Counted from the stretch's first letter, positions 18,053 to 28,865 are shown. The stretch: DNA of 64,000 nt from an uncultured Candidatus Saccharibacteria bacterium (GCA_964514595.1 CAZEQZ010000002.1:250898-314897), one strand, 5' to 3'. Numbers and translations: made by a program. Notes: generated by a model not told the origin, from the sequence alone.

Positions 18053-19867
18053 TTACTCCTTCTTATCTTCTTTAAAATTCTTATATAATTTCCCCCTTTT
18101 TCTCATTAGTTCTTCCCAGGAACCTGACTCAACTATCCCTCCATTTTCAAAATAATATATTCTGTCAAATAATTCCAGTTGATTAATACTCCTAGTTATA
18201 TATATCAAAGATCTATCTTCCCCAATAAATTTAAACATTTCCTCCAATATACTCCTAGCCGAGATATCATCTATATATGTAAAGGGCTCATCCATTAAAA
18301 ATATTTTTTTATCTCTATACAACATTCTAGCTACAGCCAACCTTTGCCAATATCCAGGGGATAGCTCTTTACCCGATGGAAATGTCTTGCCCAATATACT
18401 ACTATCCTCAACCTTGATACTTTTCTTAAAATCCTTAACACCTGCTATTTTAGACACTTTTTCATATAATTCTGTATCCACATCTTTCCTTTGTCCGGAT
18501 ATAACTACATTTTCTTTAAGACTAAAGTGATAGTTTATAAAATCCTGGAATGTAACAGCTAATTTCTTTTTTAATTGTCCTCTGTCCAAATCTTTAATAT
18601 TATATCCATCTATTAAATATTCTCCTGAGTTAACTTTATATAGTCCAGTCAATATCTTCACCGTAGTACTCTTTCCGGAACCATCTCCACCAAAAAATGC
18701 CACTCTTTCTCCCGGCTTTATTTCTATATTAAGACCTTTAAGAACTTTGGTTTCAGGATCATCGGGATATGCAAAATTCAAATTTTTAAATTCAATAGTT
18801 GGAGTTTCCTTCCCCAATTTTATATCCCCGTGGCTATAATCTCCAAATCCCTCATACTCAACTAAATGAAAAAACTCAGAAACATACGCCAAATTATTAG
18901 ACATCAGAGAGAGGGAATTAATTATATTGAATATACTTGAATACACAACATCTACATAGTCATATAGAGCCTTGAACGTACCAAAAGTTAAACCTTTAAC
19001 TATTGCAAAAAACAAGACATAGACCACATATCCAAACTTCATCACCTGACCTACTATTGAATACAGTATCTTGTCCTGAGTAAAGTTAAACTGTGTCTTT
19101 AAATATCCATCAATATATTCATCATATTCTTCCCTGAATCTCCTCTTTAAATAGGAATACACATCATTAACCCTGAGTTCAGAGAAATTAGATATTGTGA
19201 GAGAGAGATTCTGAATATAGTTAAGAAACTTAATTTTTCCAACCTCCCTGTCCTGATACTCTCTAATCCTTTTCCTTCTAATGTGCGTAGATATTGTTTC
19301 TGGCAAAACAAAGAGTAGGAGGAATAAAACACTTAATCCCATTGTTTTGAAAAGTATTATTCCGGAGCTGAAAAATCTAATTGTATTGCTTAAAATTGTT
19401 GAGAAATTCTCATACGTATCAATCATCCTAGAAAGAGAGAATGCTGGAACAAAAGTTAGCATATCCTGATACTCCTCTTTCTCAACATCTTCTAAATTAG
19501 ACGTTGATACCTTTGATATAACCATATGTTGGGTATCTTCCCACATATTTTCAAAGATAACGTGGTAGAGAAAGATTCTTGATTCACTACATATCTTCAC
19601 CACTATCCAAAGTACCAGTATAAGGGAAAGATACAAGAATGACTCTGTACCGAAGTACATCCTTAAATCGAATTCCTGCCAATTTAAAAGAATTTGAGTA
19701 GTCTCATCTATAAACTTTCCTAATATCGTAATACCGTATATCTCTGCAAAGGTAGAAATTATAAAAAGTATATCCCTTAATACTGCAGGAAGCGTATATC
19801 TAGAGTATATGAATTTTAAGACTTTGCCTAAATCCGAGATTTTTTCTTTCAATTTCTGTAAAATCAT
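18053..19867 (-). CDS. ABC exporter, fused permease/ATPase
   Basis: N-terminal TM domain; Walker A GGDGSGKST, signature LSPGYWQR, Walker B FLMDEP. Confidence 0.9.
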   Translation of the reverse strand: MILQKLKEKISDLGKVLKFIYSRYTLPAVLRDILFIISTFAEIYGITILGKFIDETTQILLNWQEFDLRMYFGTESFLYLSLILVLWIVVKICSESRIFLYHVIFENMWEDTQHMVISKVSTSNLEDVEKEEYQDMLTFVPAFSLSRMIDTYENFSTILSNTIRFFSSGIILFKTMGLSVLFLLLFVLPETISTHIRRKRIREYQDREVGKIKFLNYIQNLSLTISNFSELRVNDVYSYLKRRFREEYDEYIDGYLKTQFNFTQDKILYSIVGQVMKFGYVVYVLFFAIVKGLTFGTFKALYDYVDVVYSSIFNIINSLSLMSNNLAYVSEFFHLVEYEGFGDYSHGDIKLGKETPTIEFKNLNFAYPDDPETKVLKGLNIEIKPGERVAFFGGDGSGKSTTVKILTGLYKVNSGEYLIDGYNIKDLDRGQLKKKLAVTFQDFINYHFSLKENVVISGQRKDVDTELYEKVSKIAGVKDFKKSIKVEDSSILGKTFPSGKELSPGYWQRLAVARMLYRDKKIFLMDEPFTYIDDISARSILEEMFKFIGEDRSLIYITRSINQLELFDRIYYFENGGIVESGSWEELMRKRGKLYKNFKEDKKE

Positions 19868-19901
19868 TAAGATATAATAACATGCAATGAAGGTATATTA
19901 A

Positions 19902-20360
19902 ATGAGAGATAATGATTATTTAGAAAATATTTTCTATGATCTTTGGGAAAATCACTTCTGTGACATTCCAAGGAGAAATATGGTGTTAATTAAATATGGG
20001 AAATTTTCCAAGAGACAGCTAGGGAGTATCAAACTTGCGAATGGGAGAACTAAAATAAAGAGACTATTGCACAGAAAGAAGGATGAATATTTGGTTCAAG
20101 ACGACAAGAGTATTACCGTCATAACTATAACTAAGTACTTCGAAAACGATGTTGTTCCTGAATATGTGGTAAGAGCAACTATAGCACATGAGCTTTGTCA
20201 CTATGCTCACGGTTTTAATTCTCCATTAGAAAAGAGGTTTGCAAATCCCCACCAAGGAAATATTATAAAAAAGGAACTACAGAAAAGAGGATTATTAGAA
20301 GAACAAAAAAGAGCTGATAGCTGGCTAAAAGAAAACTGGTTAGATATTGTATATCCTTAA
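19902..20360 (+). CDS. SprT-like zinc metallopeptidase
   Basis: HExxH (HELCH) with a downstream His (NPHQG); 152 aa, soluble. Confidence 0.75.
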   Translation: MRDNDYLENIFYDLWENHFCDIPRRNMVLIKYGKFSKRQLGSIKLANGRTKIKRLLHRKKDEYLVQDDKSITVITITKYFENDVVPEYVVRATIAHELCHYAHGFNSPLEKRFANPHQGNIIKKELQKRGLLEEQKRADSWLKENWLDIVYP

Positions 20361-20489
20361 CTTCTGTCTTAGTTTATTTATTTTCTCCTTGGCAGAAATT
20401 ATCTCCTCTTCTTTGATATACATACCGTATTCCATTCTATACTTTATCCCTCTTAAATCATTTCTTAATTCTGAATATTCTGATTCCAT
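20340..20489 (-). CDS. Small 49-aa helical protein (below the ORF-track cutoff)
   Basis: MESEYSELRNDLRGIKYRMEYGMYIKEEEIISAKEKINKLRQKLRIYNI*; AGGA just upstream; fills the gap between two genes and is divergent from the XRE gene. Confidence 0.5.
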   Translation of the reverse strand: MESEYSELRNDLRGIKYRMEYGMYIKEEEIISAKEKINKLRQKLRIYNI

Positions 20490-20605
20490 AATCCTATTTT
20501 AATTCTAATTCCTTTCATTTTCCTTACAAGCAAGACTTCCGCCTCCCTATTTAAGAAACATTCTTCTATTCCATACTAGATAATATGTAAATAAAATCTA
20601 TATAT

Positions 20606-21151
20606 ATGAACAAAAACTACATTGGTGAAAATATACGACTTTACAGAGAAAGAAAAAATATTACACAAAGAGAATTAGCAGACAGAATAGGAAAAACTTG
20701 GGAAATGATTTCTAGATATGAAAGAGGTGTTAGTTCACCACTAAATCAAATGGATAATATTGCTAATGCACTAAATGTTGATGTAACTGACCTACTCAAA
20801 GATCATACTAAGAAAGGTAACGAATACTCCTTCAACAGAGTTCCTCTGTTTAACAAAATACCCAATGACCTAGATTTTATTAACACAAAATCATACATAT
20901 ACTATGTTGTACCGGATTGGATATTAGATGTTGACAGGAATTGCTTTGTTGTAGACACACAGATAATAGATATTCATATAGACGAGCTGGATAGGAAGGG
21001 ATATTTATATATATCACCAAGTAGCATCATAGACCCAGAAGACATCGTATTAGAGAGAGAAAAAGACAAGATTGTTCTCAGAAGAGCAAAGAGAAGTAAC
21101 AGTAAAAATATAATTGGGAAGGTACTATCACAAGAGATAATATTTGAATAA
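20606..21151 (+). CDS. XRE-family HTH transcriptional regulator with a degenerate S24/LexA-like C-terminal domain
   Basis: IGENIRLYRERKNITQRELADRIG...ISRYERG is HTH_3; followed by RVPL...IP and ending IIGKV. Confidence 0.85.
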   Translation: MNKNYIGENIRLYRERKNITQRELADRIGKTWEMISRYERGVSSPLNQMDNIANALNVDVTDLLKDHTKKGNEYSFNRVPLFNKIPNDLDFINTKSYIYYVVPDWILDVDRNCFVVDTQIIDIHIDELDRKGYLYISPSSIIDPEDIVLEREKDKIVLRRAKRSNSKNIIGKVLSQEIIFE

Positions 21152-21174
21152 AAAAGGGGAGATAAACTCCCCTT
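21149..21174 (-). terminator. Intrinsic terminator after groEL, between convergent genes
   Basis: AAGGGGAG-ataaa-CTCCCCTT hairpin followed by a T-run on the minus strand. Confidence 0.75.
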
Positions 21175-21197
21175 CCGAATTCCAAACACCTTAAGAC

Positions 21198-22826
21198 CTA
21201 CATCATTCCTCCCATTCCTCCCATGTCTGCTCCCATTGGAACTCCCTTTTCTTTTTCCTCAGGAATATCTGCAACTACAGCCTCCGTGGTTACCAACATA
21301 GAACCAACAGATACGGCATTTGTCAAAGCCAATCTTGTAACCTTAACAGGGTCAATTATTCCCGCTTCTATCATATTTACATACTCCCCTGTCTTTGCAT
21401 TAAAACCTGTATTTCCTTTGCAGTTTGCAGCTACAACAGCACCATCCTCTCCTGCATTCTCAGCTATCTGTTTAAGAGGTTCACTCAATATACTTTTCAA
21501 AATTTCAATACCTAATTGCTCATCTCTATCCTCCATCTTAACTTTGGACAGAACCTTTTTAGCATTGTGAAGAGCTAATCCACCTCCTGCAACAACACCC
21601 TCTTCAATAGCAGCCCTAGTTGCATTGATTGCATCCTCTACTCTCATCTTCTTCTCCTTTGCTTCCACTTCAGATGCTGCTCCAACTTTAACCACTGCAA
21701 CACCTCCAGAGATTTTAGCTAATCTTTCCTGAAGCTTCTCCTTATCATAATCTGACGTAGTAGCTTCTATCTGCGCCTTTATCTCCTTGACTCTTCCATC
21801 TATATCCTTTTTACTTCCTTTACCCTCTACTACTATTGTCTTCTCTTTGGAAACTATTACCTTCTTAGCAGAACCTAAGTGTGTTAATTCTACAGACTCC
21901 AATGTTTTCCCAAGATCCTCTGATATAAATTCTGCACCTGTTAATACCGCTATATCATTCAACATATCCTTTTTTCTATCTCCGAAACCAGGAGCCTTGA
22001 CTGCTACAACATCCAATGTCCCTCTTAATTTATTAACAACAAGAGTTGCTAATGCTTGATTTTCAATATCATCTGCAATTATTACAAGTGGTCTATCTGC
22101 AGCACCTAAAACCTTTTCCGCTATAGCTTGGATATCTTGAAGATTGGAAAGCTTCTTGTCTGTAACAAATATGTATGGATTCTCCATCACAGCTTCCAAT
22201 GTTTCAGCATTTGTTACAAAGTATGGACTTACATACCCATTATCAAATTCCATTCCCTCTGTATACTCAACCTCGTCTTTAAAACCTTTTGCTTCCTCTA
22301 CCGTTATAACACCATCCCCTCCCACTTTTTCAAAAACACCACCTATCATTTCTCCAAGCTCCCTATCATTGTTTGTTGATATAGTTGCAACCTGAGCAAT
22401 TTCTTCACCATTAGAAATCTTCTTAGCCATTCTTTTAAGTTCCTCCACAACAAGCTCCGTTCCTTTGTCCAGACCTCTTTTAAGGGATATTGGATTAGAA
22501 CCAGCTGCTACATTTCTAAATCCAGAAGAAGCTATAGCTTGAGCTAATACTGTAACGGTTGTTGTTCCATCTCCTGCTACATCATTTACCTTGTTTGCTG
22601 CCTCTTTTATCATCTCAACCCCCACATTCTTAAAGGGATCTTTGTCCTCTATCTCCTTTGCCACAGTTACACCATCCTTGGTTATAACTTGCGAACCGAA
22701 GCTTTTTGCTATTGCTATGTTTCTTCCTTTAGGACCAAGGGTTGTCTTCACTGCATCAGCTATCGTATCTACACCTGCTTTCAATGCTTTCCTTGCTTCC
22801 TCGTTGTAAATAATTGATTTTGCCAT
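21198..22826 (-). CDS. groL: Chaperonin GroEL
   Basis: [28 protein letters not shown] tail. Confidence 0.99.
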   Translation of the reverse strand: MAKSIIYNEEARKALKAGVDTIADAVKTTLGPKGRNIAIAKSFGSQVITKDGVTVAKEIEDKDPFKNVGVEMIKEAANKVNDVAGDGTTTVTVLAQAIASSGFRNVAAGSNPISLKRGLDKGTELVVEELKRMAKKISNGEEIAQVATISTNNDRELGEMIGGVFEKVGGDGVITVEEAKGFKDEVEYTEGMEFDNGYVSPYFVTNAETLEAVMENPYIFVTDKKLSNLQDIQAIAEKVLGAADRPLVIIADDIENQALATLVVNKLRGTLDVVAVKAPGFGDRKKDMLNDIAVLTGAEFISEDLGKTLESVELTHLGSAKKVIVSKEKTIVVEGKGSKKDIDGRVKEIKAQIEATTSDYDKEKLQERLAKISGGVAVVKVGAASEVEAKEKKMRVEDAINATRAAIEEGVVAGGGLALHNAKKVLSKVKMEDRDEQLGIEILKSILSEPLKQIAENAGEDGAVVAANCKGNTGFNAKTGEYVNMIEAGIIDPVKVTRLALTNAVSVGSMLVTTEAVVADIPEEKEKGVPMGADMGGMGGMM

Positions 22827-22849
22827 ATTAGTAGTACTAGTAAATTTAA

Positions 22850-23149
22850 TTATTTAATAATTGCTAAAATATCATTCATATCTAAAAGTAGATATTTTTC
22901 ATCATCCACCTCAACTTCGTCTGGAGAGTATTTCTTAAAGTACACTCTGTCTCCAACTGACACTTCAAATGTAATATCTTTTCCTTTCTCTTTACCTTCG
23001 CCCAACTTCATAATTACACCTGTTTCCGGTTTCTGATCCTCACTTGCACTAGGAGGTAATACCAAACCACCTGCTGTGGTTTCCTCGACATCATCGGGTT
23101 TTATAAGAACCCTCTTTCCTAGTGGCTGAATTTTGATACTTTTTGCCAT
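22850..23149 (-). CDS. groS: Co-chaperonin GroES
   Basis: [30 protein letters not shown]. Confidence 0.97.
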   Translation of the reverse strand: MAKSIKIQPLGKRVLIKPDDVEETTAGGLVLPPSASEDQKPETGVIMKLGEGKEKGKDITFEVSVGDRVYFKKYSPDEVEVDDEKYLLLDMNDILAIIK

Positions 23150-23155
23150 ATTTGT

Positions 23156-23182
23156 TTAGCAGATAAATTTAGTGATTGCCAA
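23156..23182 (-). promoter_or_regulatory. CIRCE-like HrcA operator upstream of groES
   Basis: TTGGCAATC-N9-ATCTGCTAA versus consensus TTAGCACTC-N9-GAGTGCTAA; lies directly downstream of TTGAAC-N18-TACAAT (23186-23215). Confidence 0.75.
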
Positions 23183-23221
23183 AGAATTGTATCATACACA
23201 CCTATGATTGTTCAAGCCATA

Positions 23222-23382
23222 GGGTCTGGCACAGGACCGTCCCCCAAATATCCTTACCTTGTACTATCTTTTTGCAAAACAAGAAGGTTCTTTTGGATGT
23301 TGCAACAACAAAAATATGTACAAAAACAAAACGATTTCCTCTTGTACAAAGGTCTTTACGGGGACAGACCGGGGTCTGACCC
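23222..23382. repeat. REP/MITE-like element with inverted GC-rich 22-bp doublet ends
   Basis: Left end GGTCTGGCACA-GGACCGTCCCC; right end (reverse complement of 23360-23381) GGTCAGACCCC-GGTCTGTCCCC; AT-rich core of about 115 bp. Confidence 0.55.
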
Positions 23383-23388
23383 TAAACC

Positions 23389-23970
23389 CTAGCGGACACC
23401 TTTAACCACAACCCTGTCTTCCAAAAGCTCTATGTTCCTTATCTCCCTACCAAGAAACCTGTTTTCATTAACTAATATTATCGCATCAGCTATCCCCTTA
23501 TTTATATCAACCAAAGCACTTCTTCTCAGATATCTTGTAATATTTATGCTTCCCAAAAACATCTCCCTAACATACAACTCAGCCGTTTCCCTATCATCTT
23601 TAACTACATCCTGCCTTATCCACGGTAATTTTAGCGTGTTATTCCCATAGGACAAATAAACCGACCACATCCCCTTTGACGGCTTTATACAAATATCCTT
23701 CAGTACAAAAAGATCCCCCACTTCGATATTGGATTTCAAAATGGAAAGAACCTCTTCCTGTGTAAATACAATAGACTCAGTCCTGCTATCAGATACTATA
23801 AATTTCTCTATCTTCTCCTCTATCTCCAAATCGACATCAATATTACTGTAACAACGAATCTCTTCCTGTAGAAACTTTTTCTCCCAACTAACATATTTAA
23901 ACAGAAAAAATCCCACTAAGAGAAGAACCGAGACAAATAGAAACAAAAGAAAATTTTTAAATATTCTCAT
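23389..23970 (-). CDS. Hypothetical membrane-anchored protein
   Basis: N-terminal TM; overlaps the murJ stop. Confidence 0.7.
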   Translation of the reverse strand: MRIFKNFLLFLFVSVLLLVGFFLFKYVSWEKKFLQEEIRCYSNIDVDLEIEEKIEKFIVSDSRTESIVFTQEEVLSILKSNIEVGDLFVLKDICIKPSKGMWSVYLSYGNNTLKLPWIRQDVVKDDRETAELYVREMFLGSINITRYLRRSALVDINKGIADAIILVNENRFLGREIRNIELLEDRVVVKGVR

Positions 23971-25744
23971 CTACACCCTTAGATTTGAACAAATTACCCT
24001 TTATGTCATCAATAACATTATCTATTATCCTTATCTCCTCTATCTTAAATACCTTGCAACCGAGCCAATATGACAGAAAACCATATAATGTCGTTATTAC
24101 AGTCAATACTACTATCGAAACTGTCCTAGTTGTATCCAACTGAAAATCAAATAATTTGAAAACAAAATACATTCCTATACACATGAGAAGTGTATTAAGC
24201 AGTTTCTTAACCGTGGGGAATATACTCTCTTTCCAAGTAATAATTCTGCTCTTTATATTTAACAAGAAAATCAAAAATAACATTTCTACAAAATATGCTA
24301 AGCTAAGGCTTAGGGATAGTCCACCGACAGCCATATCTGAGTCCCCTCTCTCTGTTGACCACCTCACCACATCTTTAAGGAAAGATAGGAAAACATTAAC
24401 AAAACCTGTACCATTTGCCTGTGTGATTTGTAGAAACATTTGCTCTAATATAGGTCTCCAATCGTAGTAATGACTGAAGAAGTTAGTAAGAAGAAAGGCC
24501 AAAGATATATTGACTAATATACCTGCGGTAATAGCAATTAGAGGAAGCCATGTTTCTTTCAATGCATAGAACGCCCTCAAAAGGATTTGAACGATTGTTT
24601 GTCCCACAACGGAAAGGCTAAGAAGGACTAAACACCATGCAGTAAGTATGGTCGCTCTCCAGTCAAAAGCTCCAACACCGTACGCTAACCTTACAAGTGG
24701 TAACCTTAGAACTATCAATACTGCCACTATTGGAAATATTAAAAACAGAGAGATTTGTATAGATTTATTTAATACTTCACAAAACTTTTCTTTTTCATCA
24801 CAATTTTCTGCTAAATCAGGTAGGGCCACTTGTGCTACAGCACTTCCTATTATGTTGATTGGAAACATATGTAGGCTGAGAGCAAATTTATAGGCACTAA
24901 GAGCCCCAGCCGCTAATGAAAAACTTATCAACGTATTAACCACCACATTAATCTGTTCACCAAATATCCCAATTGTTCTTGGTATTGCTAATTTGAGAGC
25001 CCTTAAAGTATGATGGTTTCTCAGACCTTCCATCAATGTGTCAAAGCCCATCCTAAACCTCGTATCGTAGTATGTTTTAAATTTAGGTATCTGTATTAAG
25101 AAATGAAGTAAAGAGCCAATGACCGCTGATATTGCAATACCCTCTATCCCCATCTTAAAAAAAACTACTAAGACAACCGAGCCTATTATCATTGCTAGGT
25201 TGTAGAAGAGAGGAGCTAATGATGTTATAAAGAATTCTTTTCTAACTTGTAGATATCCTGTTAAAAGACTGCTAATTCCCAACAGGACAGGAGATATCAT
25301 CATTATCCTTGTTAGCATAACAAACAGTTCAAAATCATTACCATCAACTCTCTCAGCAAAGCTAAGAACATTCTGTAGTACATCTGACTCTATTAGCACT
25401 GTTGTTAATTGAGGGGTGAATACGAAGAAGAGAAGAGCTATTACTGTACAGAAAGCGGATATTATCAGAGCTAAATGATTAAAGAACTCATTTAAATACT
25501 CCTTTCCTTTTTTATGTAGGACTTCAGAAAATATAGGTATTACTGCGGCATTGATCGAACCAGCAACTAAAATCATGAACAGCATATCTGGTATTGTGAA
25601 TGCAGCCCAGAATATGTCCAATTCATGAGACACACCGAATAGCTGGGCAATAGTTCTTAATTTTAGAAAACCTAAAACCTTTGTGATGAGAAGTAGGAGC
25701 ATTACAAAGAACACACCATTTTTCTGTTTTAGAATCTTTAACAT
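23957..25744 (-). CDS. murJ: Lipid II flippase MurJ (MviN)
   Basis: TKVLGFLKLRTIAQLFG, AFTIPD, GSINAAVIPIF, APLFYN, RAFYALKET; multi-TM. Confidence 0.9.
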   Translation of the reverse strand: MLKILKQKNGVFFVMLLLLITKVLGFLKLRTIAQLFGVSHELDIFWAAFTIPDMLFMILVAGSINAAVIPIFSEVLHKKGKEYLNEFFNHLALIISAFCTVIALLFFVFTPQLTTVLIESDVLQNVLSFAERVDGNDFELFVMLTRIMMISPVLLGISSLLTGYLQVRKEFFITSLAPLFYNLAMIIGSVVLVVFFKMGIEGIAISAVIGSLLHFLIQIPKFKTYYDTRFRMGFDTLMEGLRNHHTLRALKLAIPRTIGIFGEQINVVVNTLISFSLAAGALSAYKFALSLHMFPINIIGSAVAQVALPDLAENCDEKEKFCEVLNKSIQISLFLIFPIVAVLIVLRLPLVRLAYGVGAFDWRATILTAWCLVLLSLSVVGQTIVQILLRAFYALKETWLPLIAITAGILVNISLAFLLTNFFSHYYDWRPILEQMFLQITQANGTGFVNVFLSFLKDVVRWSTERGDSDMAVGGLSLSLSLAYFVEMLFLIFLLNIKSRIITWKESIFPTVKKLLNTLLMCIGMYFVFKLFDFQLDTTRTVSIVVLTVITTLYGFLSYWLGCKVFKIEEIRIIDNVIDDIKGNLFKSKGVDENI

Positions 25745-25839
25745 ATTCTAGAGATTTCAGTTATGCGATTAATATCATAATTTAAACTCAACTTTTTATC
25801 AATTAATCTAAATTTAATAATTATACGAGATAATTATGT

Positions 25840-26580
25840 ATGGAATCTTTTCTCGATATTTTATTCCCCAAAAGTTGCAGTATATGTTGCAGAAAAGGAA
25901 CATATTTGTGTAACAGGTGTAAAAAGCTTTTTAAGAAGACATTACCGGAGTGTTATAAATGTAGGAGGATAAATTGCAATTATAAAACCCACAACTTTTG
26001 TAAAAGAGAGAAGGATCTAGATGCTGTATTTGTATGTTGGGAATACAATTCTCTAACCTCTGATCTCTTACGAAAGTATAAATATGGATATGTATATGAT
26101 ATTGATACAGCTTTGGTGGAGTTTGCTACAGAAAGAATAGTTGAAAGTAACTATATGGAACTACTAGAAAACACTCTTATAACAAATATACCCATATCAT
26201 CGTTGAGGTTAAGAGAAAGAGGCTTTAATCAGACATATAGTATATCTAAAAGGATATCCGAAGTTTTTGAGCTTGAGTTTAATAGTGCTTTAATAGGAAG
26301 AAAGCACAGTATTGAACACCAGGCTTTTAAGGAAAAAGACGAGAGGAAACATATGGAGGAAGAGGAGTTCTATATTTCGAAACCTCAGGATATCAACAAT
26401 TTTAGTAGTATTACTATAGTAGATGATGTAATAACTACTGGAACAACATTAGAGAATGCCTCTTACTGTCTAAAGAAATATTACGGAGAATCGTTAATAG
26501 TGAATGCTATTTGTATGTTCAGGGGAAAACCCTACTACTCTGAGTCTTCTGATTCTGAGGAAGGAGTAGGATCCTCTTGA
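25840..26580 (+). CDS. comF: ComF-family competence protein (double zinc ribbon plus phosphoribosyltransferase domain)
   Basis: LFPKSCSIC...LCNRC...CYKC, RERGFNQ, IVDDVITTGTTL. Confidence 0.9.
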   Translation: MESFLDILFPKSCSICCRKGTYLCNRCKKLFKKTLPECYKCRRINCNYKTHNFCKREKDLDAVFVCWEYNSLTSDLLRKYKYGYVYDIDTALVEFATERIVESNYMELLENTLITNIPISSLRLRERGFNQTYSISKRISEVFELEFNSALIGRKHSIEHQAFKEKDERKHMEEEEFYISKPQDINNFSSITIVDDVITTGTTLENASYCLKKYYGESLIVNAICMFRGKPYYSESSDSEEGVGSS

Positions 26581-28865
26581 TCTTCTGAGACTTCTTCCTG
26601 GGTTTGACTATCCGTCGGTTCTGTATCCTTGCTTATTGCATTAAGTTGCTTTGTTATCTCGGTATACACATCCACGTTTGTATTTCCCTGAGTTTCCAAT
26701 ATCTTTTTTGCAGCCTTTAAATATGATTCATATATATCCATATTCCCCCTCTCTTTGTTAAGATCTCCTGCTAAAAGTATAGAGGGAATATGCTGAGGAT
26801 TTATACTTAAAACCTTAGTTAGAGATGCTAATGCATTATCCTTCTCTCCTTTTATTACGCTTATTTGAGCCATACTGTAGTGTAATTCGAAATTAAGAGG
26901 ATTAAGCTCTAAAGCTCTCTCCAAAGAGAACACTGCATCTGCTGTATAATCATAAAATCCCATACCCACTAACCCCATGTATATCCTAGCTCTGGCCTCC
27001 CAATTTGCGTATATATTAGGAGATATATCTATACTTTTTCTTGTAGAATCTATTACGGCATTTCTCCATGTACCTACATTCCTTATTAAATCTTGATTGT
27101 TTTCATCTTCTTCGGACTTAGAGTATTTTTCCGCTGCAATCCCAACTCTTTCTAAGTACATTGATCCCTTCCTTCTATTATATAAAGGGTTGTTTCTGTC
27201 GAAATCTACCGCCTTGGAATAGAAATGAGCCATAGATGCGACGAAAGCTTCCCTCTCTTCAATTGTAGGATAAACATCTCCTTGGTACTTTTTGTTCTGT
27301 TCAACAAAGAAGGATTCTGCCTTTAATGCATACGCACTAGCAATCCCCTTAGATATCCAGACTCCGAATATTGCAATTGTGATAACTGACATTAATATTG
27401 TTACAAAAGTATTCAAACCACTACCAGATCTTCCCCTTTGTCCCACCAAATTCAAATTAGCAGCCCAAAGTTTAATTACGAACCTATCCTCAGTACCCTT
27501 TTTAAGTATATCTTTTGTTATTGCTCTTAAACTTACCAATGTCAAAAGAAGAAATACAACTATTACAGAGTATGTAACAAAGTATGATGATATATATATT
27601 GTCAGAAGCGAGAGATTTATTATTAAGAGCCTCCAGCTATTTGAGTGATCCGTATGGGATTTTATGTTTCTCAAATCCGTTATGAACACCTTAACTATCG
27701 AAAACCCTAGAAAGAGCCATACCAAAAACCAAGCTAATCCACCATTCGCAAACTGAGTAAAGACCTCACTTCCTGCATAATAAAAGGTGACTTGATTGAA
27801 AGCTAGCAAATTTACATTAAGAGGTTTGTATAGGTAATAGGCTGTTGAAAATGCATCAACTCCAACACCAAAAATACCCCTTACAAAAGATTCTACAAAT
27901 ACAGAGGCTGCTATTATCCAAGAAACGTCAGATCCTAAGGAAACTTGGGATACCAAGTCCATGCTATCAGGAATTACTAGATTTAAGACTGCAGGAATGT
28001 GCAGAAGGATTGCAGGTATCAATACAGCTAGTATCACTATTATACAAAGAAGAAAAATATTTTTAGAGACATTTACTTGCAACTTTATTCTTTTTAATAC
28101 AAGTAGGGAGAATAGAATCAAAAGAAAGAGTGTTACTAGTAATAGATTGAAACCCTGTTTGATTGAGAAGAGCCATATGTTAATTATTGATGCGGAACCA
28201 AATATTATAGCTAAGATATATTTCGTCTCTTTTCCTTTCTGTATAAAATGCTCCCCGGCGAGTCCTATGCAGAATATCAAATTAATAATATTGACGAGAA
28301 TATGCACCTTAGCTGATCTTAATATTGGGAGACCAAATTGATGAAGATCCCTATATACTGGAATTAGTCCCCACACATTGACACCTAAAAAGGATAGAAA
28401 ACTGAGAATATTATTTAAGAAAAATCCTGCCATAAATGAGAAAAGTGTATATCTCATATCTCGATCATCCTTTATAAATGATCGGGCAATTATCGTTACA
28501 AAAAGTATACATATAAAAACGATCAGTCCATTTCCTAATCTTCCATCCACACCCCATATGCTCGAATTAATATCCTTAGAGAATATTGTGGAAAAGAGCA
28601 TAGAGAGAAGCAGTGTAAAGAAACATATATCTAGAGAGCTTTTCAATATGCTAGTTTTACCTTCTAATAGAAGCTTGGTTACTTCTAAACCTAGGATTAT
28701 TGTAGAGAACGAGAGTATAAGTAAAGACATACTTCTTTCGGTCCAATCCCAAGGAAATGGCATTATTGCTAAGGGCAACAGAAACATTAAGCCCCAAAAA
28801 ACATACTTCTGAATAATAGGAATCGTGAATTTTGTACTACGATTCAATTTTGGATCTTGTAGCAT
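26535..28865 (-). CDS. O-antigen ligase-like polytopic membrane protein with C-terminal TPR repeats
   Basis: About 12 TM helices; SIWGVDGR, IFGVGVDAF; TPR-like ALELNPLN and VLSINPQH. Confidence 0.7.
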   Translation of the reverse strand: MLQDPKLNRSTKFTIPIIQKYVFWGLMFLLPLAIMPFPWDWTERSMSLLILSFSTIILGLEVTKLLLEGKTSILKSSLDICFFTLLLSMLFSTIFSKDINSSIWGVDGRLGNGLIVFICILFVTIIARSFIKDDRDMRYTLFSFMAGFFLNNILSFLSFLGVNVWGLIPVYRDLHQFGLPILRSAKVHILVNIINLIFCIGLAGEHFIQKGKETKYILAIIFGSASIINIWLFSIKQGFNLLLVTLFLLILFSLLVLKRIKLQVNVSKNIFLLCIIVILAVLIPAILLHIPAVLNLVIPDSMDLVSQVSLGSDVSWIIAASVFVESFVRGIFGVGVDAFSTAYYLYKPLNVNLLAFNQVTFYYAGSEVFTQFANGGLAWFLVWLFLGFSIVKVFITDLRNIKSHTDHSNSWRLLIINLSLLTIYISSYFVTYSVIVVFLLLTLVSLRAITKDILKKGTEDRFVIKLWAANLNLVGQRGRSGSGLNTFVTILMSVITIAIFGVWISKGIASAYALKAESFFVEQNKKYQGDVYPTIEEREAFVASMAHFYSKAVDFDRNNPLYNRRKGSMYLERVGIAAEKYSKSEEDENNQDLIRNVGTWRNAVIDSTRKSIDISPNIYANWEARARIYMGLVGMGFYDYTADAVFSLERALELNPLNFELHYSMAQISVIKGEKDNALASLTKVLSINPQHIPSILLAGDLNKERGNMDIYESYLKAAKKILETQGNTNVDVYTEITKQLNAISKDTEPTDSQTQEEVSEDQEDPTPSSESEDSE

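Noticed and set aside
23222-23382. CRISPR array
   Set aside because: The repeats are 11-mers in pairs, not 23-47 bp repeats with regular unique spacers, and no cas genes are present.
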